Shown piece by piece: positions 61,041 to 64,000 of a stretch of DNA of 64,000 nucleotides (its first letter is position 1; each line of letters starts with the position of its first letter). Under the pieces are notes generated by a model that had not been told where the DNA came from, did no database searches, and was given only the letters and a program-made list of their open reading frames with translations. Made by a program: the position numbers and the translations under genes. Source of the DNA: Nitrospinaceae bacterium (lineage in GTDB: Bacteria; Nitrospinota; Nitrospinia; Nitrospinales; Nitrospinaceae); assembly GCA_965223665.1 (NCBI GenBank), contig OZ245011.1, positions 704,001 through 768,000 of the forward strand. Reading direction: 5' to 3'.

Positions 61041-62399
61041 TTAAAATTTCCCCTTCCAACGCCGGACATCCTTTAAATATTTTTCCCGATCCATGTCTCG
61101 ATCCGATGGAAATAACTCCATTAAAGGTTGTGGATACTTTTTATCCTGTGGAAAAAATTCAAATTTTCCCTGGTCCACACGGTATATATTATGAAAAGTC
61201 CTGTATTGCCCAGAGGCCCCCACAAAGTCCCAATTCGTTGTTCCCTTAATCAGTCCGTATAATTCTGAGCAACTTATTCCCTCGTAAAGATTCACTCTCC
61301 CAAAATAACCTTTCTTCACGGTTGCAGAATTTGAAAAGTCTATACTCCAGATATCAGACTGATCTTCACCAAACACTTCAAGGCGGTACCCTAAACTCCA
61401 ATGAGTCCAGGCATTCATCATCTCTAATTTACTCAGGCGCTCTCCCAATTCTTCCTCAATAAATTGAGTCACCACCTTGCTTTCTTCAAGTTGCTGGTCT
61501 TTGTTTTCAGTTAAGGTACATATTTTTGGAACTTCGTATAAAGGATTAAAAGCTGTATCATAAATACTTGATTTTTCTAATTTAATTAATTCTGTGGCTC
61601 CCTGGTGAATTGTAGTCCCTGTAGGACTGATTTCCGCTACATCTCCCGGTTGAAAAACACTGGATTTTATATTTGGAGCAAAGTCCTGGAGGTCCATTAA
61701 AAATTGGTCCTGGGTAGTGGGAAAAACATAGTGATTTAAAAATTCGAAAGGTTTTACATAATGCTCTCCAGCAGAACCTGGAACTGCAAACTTTGGGTTT
61801 AAAGCCCCTGCAACTTTTAAGAAGGAACTGTATTCTTCAAAAGGCAAAATACTTGCCTTATGGAATGTGAAATTTTGTTCAAGGAGTGGTTGGAATCGAA
61901 CATGAGCAAAATCCACTTGCCCACAAATTCGATTTATATAATTTATAATATCCGGTGAAACTATCGTATCCACTTGGTTCCAAACATTCACTTCTCCATC
62001 TCTAATTATCAGACCATGTTCAGGGTAATAATCCTGTGTTAAAGAAGGAGTAGGAATTAATTCAAGGTCCTTTACCCGAATGGGTTCAAAATTATCAACA
62101 ATAGTGACATCTGTATATTCAAGTTCTTTTAGACATTCGATAATTACCGGGTCATTGGGGCACAGAGTTTTCAAGTCTTTGGGAAGATAGGCCAGTGTTC
62201 TTATATCAAAATGATCTTGATGACGATGAGAAATGTATAAAACATCAATGGGCGGAAATTTATCCCGCTGAATATCTACTTTGGGAAAATATCGATTAAG
62301 CTCTTCAAAATGAATGTCAAACAAGCATGGATCCGATAGCAGGGTTGTATCTTTGGATTGGATTAATAGACATGCATGTCCGATAAGAGTCGTTTTCAT
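61041..62399 (-). CDS. MBL-fold metallo-hydrolase (UlaG-like) with C-terminal extension
   Basis: IGHACLL, DP, SHRHQDH. Confidence 0.82.
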   Translation of the reverse strand: MKTTLIGHACLLIQSKDTTLLSDPCLFDIHFEELNRYFPKVDIQRDKFPPIDVLYISHRHQDHFDIRTLAYLPKDLKTLCPNDPVIIECLKELEYTDVTIVDNFEPIRVKDLELIPTPSLTQDYYPEHGLIIRDGEVNVWNQVDTIVSPDIINYINRICGQVDFAHVRFQPLLEQNFTFHKASILPFEEYSSFLKVAGALNPKFAVPGSAGEHYVKPFEFLNHYVFPTTQDQFLMDLQDFAPNIKSSVFQPGDVAEISPTGTTIHQGATELIKLEKSSIYDTAFNPLYEVPKICTLTENKDQQLEESKVVTQFIEEELGERLSKLEMMNAWTHWSLGYRLEVFGEDQSDIWSIDFSNSATVKKGYFGRVNLYEGISCSELYGLIKGTTNWDFVGASGQYRTFHNIYRVDQGKFEFFPQDKKYPQPLMELFPSDRDMDREKYLKDVRRWKGKF

Positions 62400-62606
62400 A
62401 AAATTAAACCATTTTCCTCAAACCAGGTCCTAAGTGAACAATATTAGAAATTTTATTTTTTTTCATGGGATTAAAAGTGCGCTAGCATACCGGATCACAG
62501 GAAATTCCACAAGGCCTATTCCCTTTGGTTGTTTATTGTTGACAATAATCGAAAGGTTTCCCAAAATATTCCCCAAAAAATAAATATTTTCTCAATAAAG
62601 GACAGT

Positions 62607-63146
62607 ATGGAAAATCAAGAGATACGTTTTGAAGAAGGTCAGCCGTGTCCAGTTAAAGTAGAAGGAACCGGAGGAGGTCTCTCCTTTTCACCAAACGGCG
62701 ATATGTTATTAATTGGTTCAGTGCCTAGCCCTTCCCAGCATCAAATAGAAGCCTGGGACGGGAAATGGCGTGCGAAATTAGTCTCTGAATCAGAGTTTCC
62801 CTCGATACCGATTTTTGCGATAGGGAGTGAAGATTGGATTTTAGAGACACCCTGTAATCCTTACCAACAAGAAAAAGAGTCCCCAGGATTTTGTGAGGCT
62901 TTGTTTGCTAAAGAAGATTACAACATGGTGGCAATCCTGGTTGATTCCGATACGAACATCGTAAAAAAAATCAAACATGTGGAATTGGATGAGATGTTTA
63001 TCGAGCGACTTGTGTTGTCCTGGAATCCTTTCCGCCAGGAAGCTAACGATTATAATAAATCGTTTTCCCAGGAAGAGTTTGCAAAGCGTGTGGGCGAAAT
63101 CTTCAAAATGCGTAAGTCTGAAGAGTTATGGATTTCGTCTTGGTAA
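62607..63146 (+). CDS. Hypothetical protein
   Basis: Likely ATG 62607 after AAGGA (ORF track from 62529). Confidence 0.7.
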   Translation: MENQEIRFEEGQPCPVKVEGTGGGLSFSPNGDMLLIGSVPSPSQHQIEAWDGKWRAKLVSESEFPSIPIFAIGSEDWILETPCNPYQQEKESPGFCEALFAKEDYNMVAILVDSDTNIVKKIKHVELDEMFIERLVLSWNPFRQEANDYNKSFSQEEFAKRVGEIFKMRKSEELWISSW

Positions 63147-63292
63147 GCAAAATTCAGAAAATATTTTTCAGTTATTTTATTCTACCTTCATCGATTTCTA
63201 TGAAATCACAAATCGAACTTTCGTGGGGAATATACTATGCCAGATAATGTTTCATAAGGGCTATTGGAAAATTTCATTTATCTTTAAGAGTT

Positions 63293-64000
63293 CTATTTCG
63301 TATACTCATCGTCATCATCAATAATTTCCTCTTCTTCATCCTCATCCTCAACTTCCACATCTTCAAATTCCTCTTCCTCTTCCTCTTCCAACTCTTCCTC
63401 TTCTTCTTCACGCTCAAGCACAGGGTATTCCAGGTTTTCCATGAATTCGGATTCCTTCAAAGCTTCTAGTGCTTCTTCATCATATTCGTTTCCATCAAGA
63501 TAGAGTCGTTCCAAATTAGACATATGCTCTGAATCGGCTACTGCAATGATTCCTTCGTTGGTTATTTCATTGTTTTCCACCATCAAGCTTTCTAAATTTG
63601 AAAAATGTGGGGAATTTGCAATTATTTGTAGCCCCTCATTTCCAATTTGATTACGATCCAGAGAAAGTAATACCAAGTTCTTAAATATCTCAGATTCTGC
63701 AATATATTTTATGCCGGCGGATGTGAAATTATTTAGCTCCAAGTAAAGTTTTTTCAAATTGGACAAACCCTGGTATTCAGAAATGATTTTTGCTTCCACA
63801 TCACCCATATCCAAATTACTAAGATCAAGAGTTTCACCATCTTCACTAAGCCGTTTTCTGATACGATTAAGAATTAAAAGTTTAGAAATTGCTGCTTTAC
63901 CTTCATCCGTTAAGGGGTTTTGTGTAAGATCAATCCGAGTCAAATTTACAAAGTTTTCGCTTTCTGCTAAAGCTTTTGCCCCTTCATCGGTAATACCATT
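63293..64000 (-). CDS. Leucine-rich repeat protein with acidic tail (start beyond window)
   Basis: LxxLxLxxNxIxxEG repeats; Glu/Asp-rich C-terminus; frame open to window edge. Confidence 0.85.
   Translation of the reverse strand, partial: NGITDEGAKALAESENFVNLTRIDLTQNPLTDEGKAAISKLLILNRIRKRLSEDGETLDLSNLDMGDVEAKIISEYQGLSNLKKLYLELNNFTSAGIKYIAESEIFKNLVLLSLDRNQIGNEGLQIIANSPHFSNLESLMVENNEITNEGIIAVADSEHMSNLERLYLDGNEYDEEALEALKESEFMENLEYPVLEREEEEEELEEEEEEEFEDVEVEDEDEEEEIIDDDDEYTK

Noticed and set aside
63305-63410. TCT/TCC/TCA triplet repeats as a possible array
   Set aside because: They encode the acidic tail of the LRR protein; no repeat-spacer structure
1-64000. CRISPR arrays, rRNA, transposases, integrases, prophage genes
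   Set aside because: None recognisable in the sequence or ORF track

Overview
AT-rich, gene-dense bacterial chromosomal segment. Gene content (DUF507 pair, DUF1566/Lcl, pentapeptide, FGE-sulfatase and LRR paralogs, ccsA-hemA-hemC, rpiB-glyA-nrdR) suggests a Nitrospinota-like or related lineage; this is inference only. Housekeeping blocks: biotin (bioF, BioH-type esterase, bioC), pabB/pabC, MacAB-TolC efflux, split transketolase, asnB, ubiE/menG, HtrA, fliC-flgM, tatA/tatC, nadC, heme synthesis, larC and an elongator tRNA-Met. An accessory zone (~49.2-60.9 kb) downstream of the tRNA-Met holds a radical SAM-TPR protein, a di-heme cytochrome c, two gene remnants, an aldo/keto reductase and a porin + periplasmic-binding-protein + hybrid kinase module. 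Most notable observations: (1) a DUF429 nuclease-fold domain fused to GAF-histidine kinase inside the biotin cluster; (2) a DUF1538 pair + P-II-like + CBS operon; (3) a XerCD dif-like site at 16379-16406; (4) a candidate ~70-nt anti-SD sRNA divergent from flagellin; (5) a decayed tRNA-Gly(CCC); (6) an att-like copy of the tRNA-Met 3' end bounding a 5.4-kb islet; (7) a divergent IscU-like protein behind nadC. No CRISPR array, rRNA, integrase or transposase was seen. All family assignments are from motif recognition by eye, not database searches.
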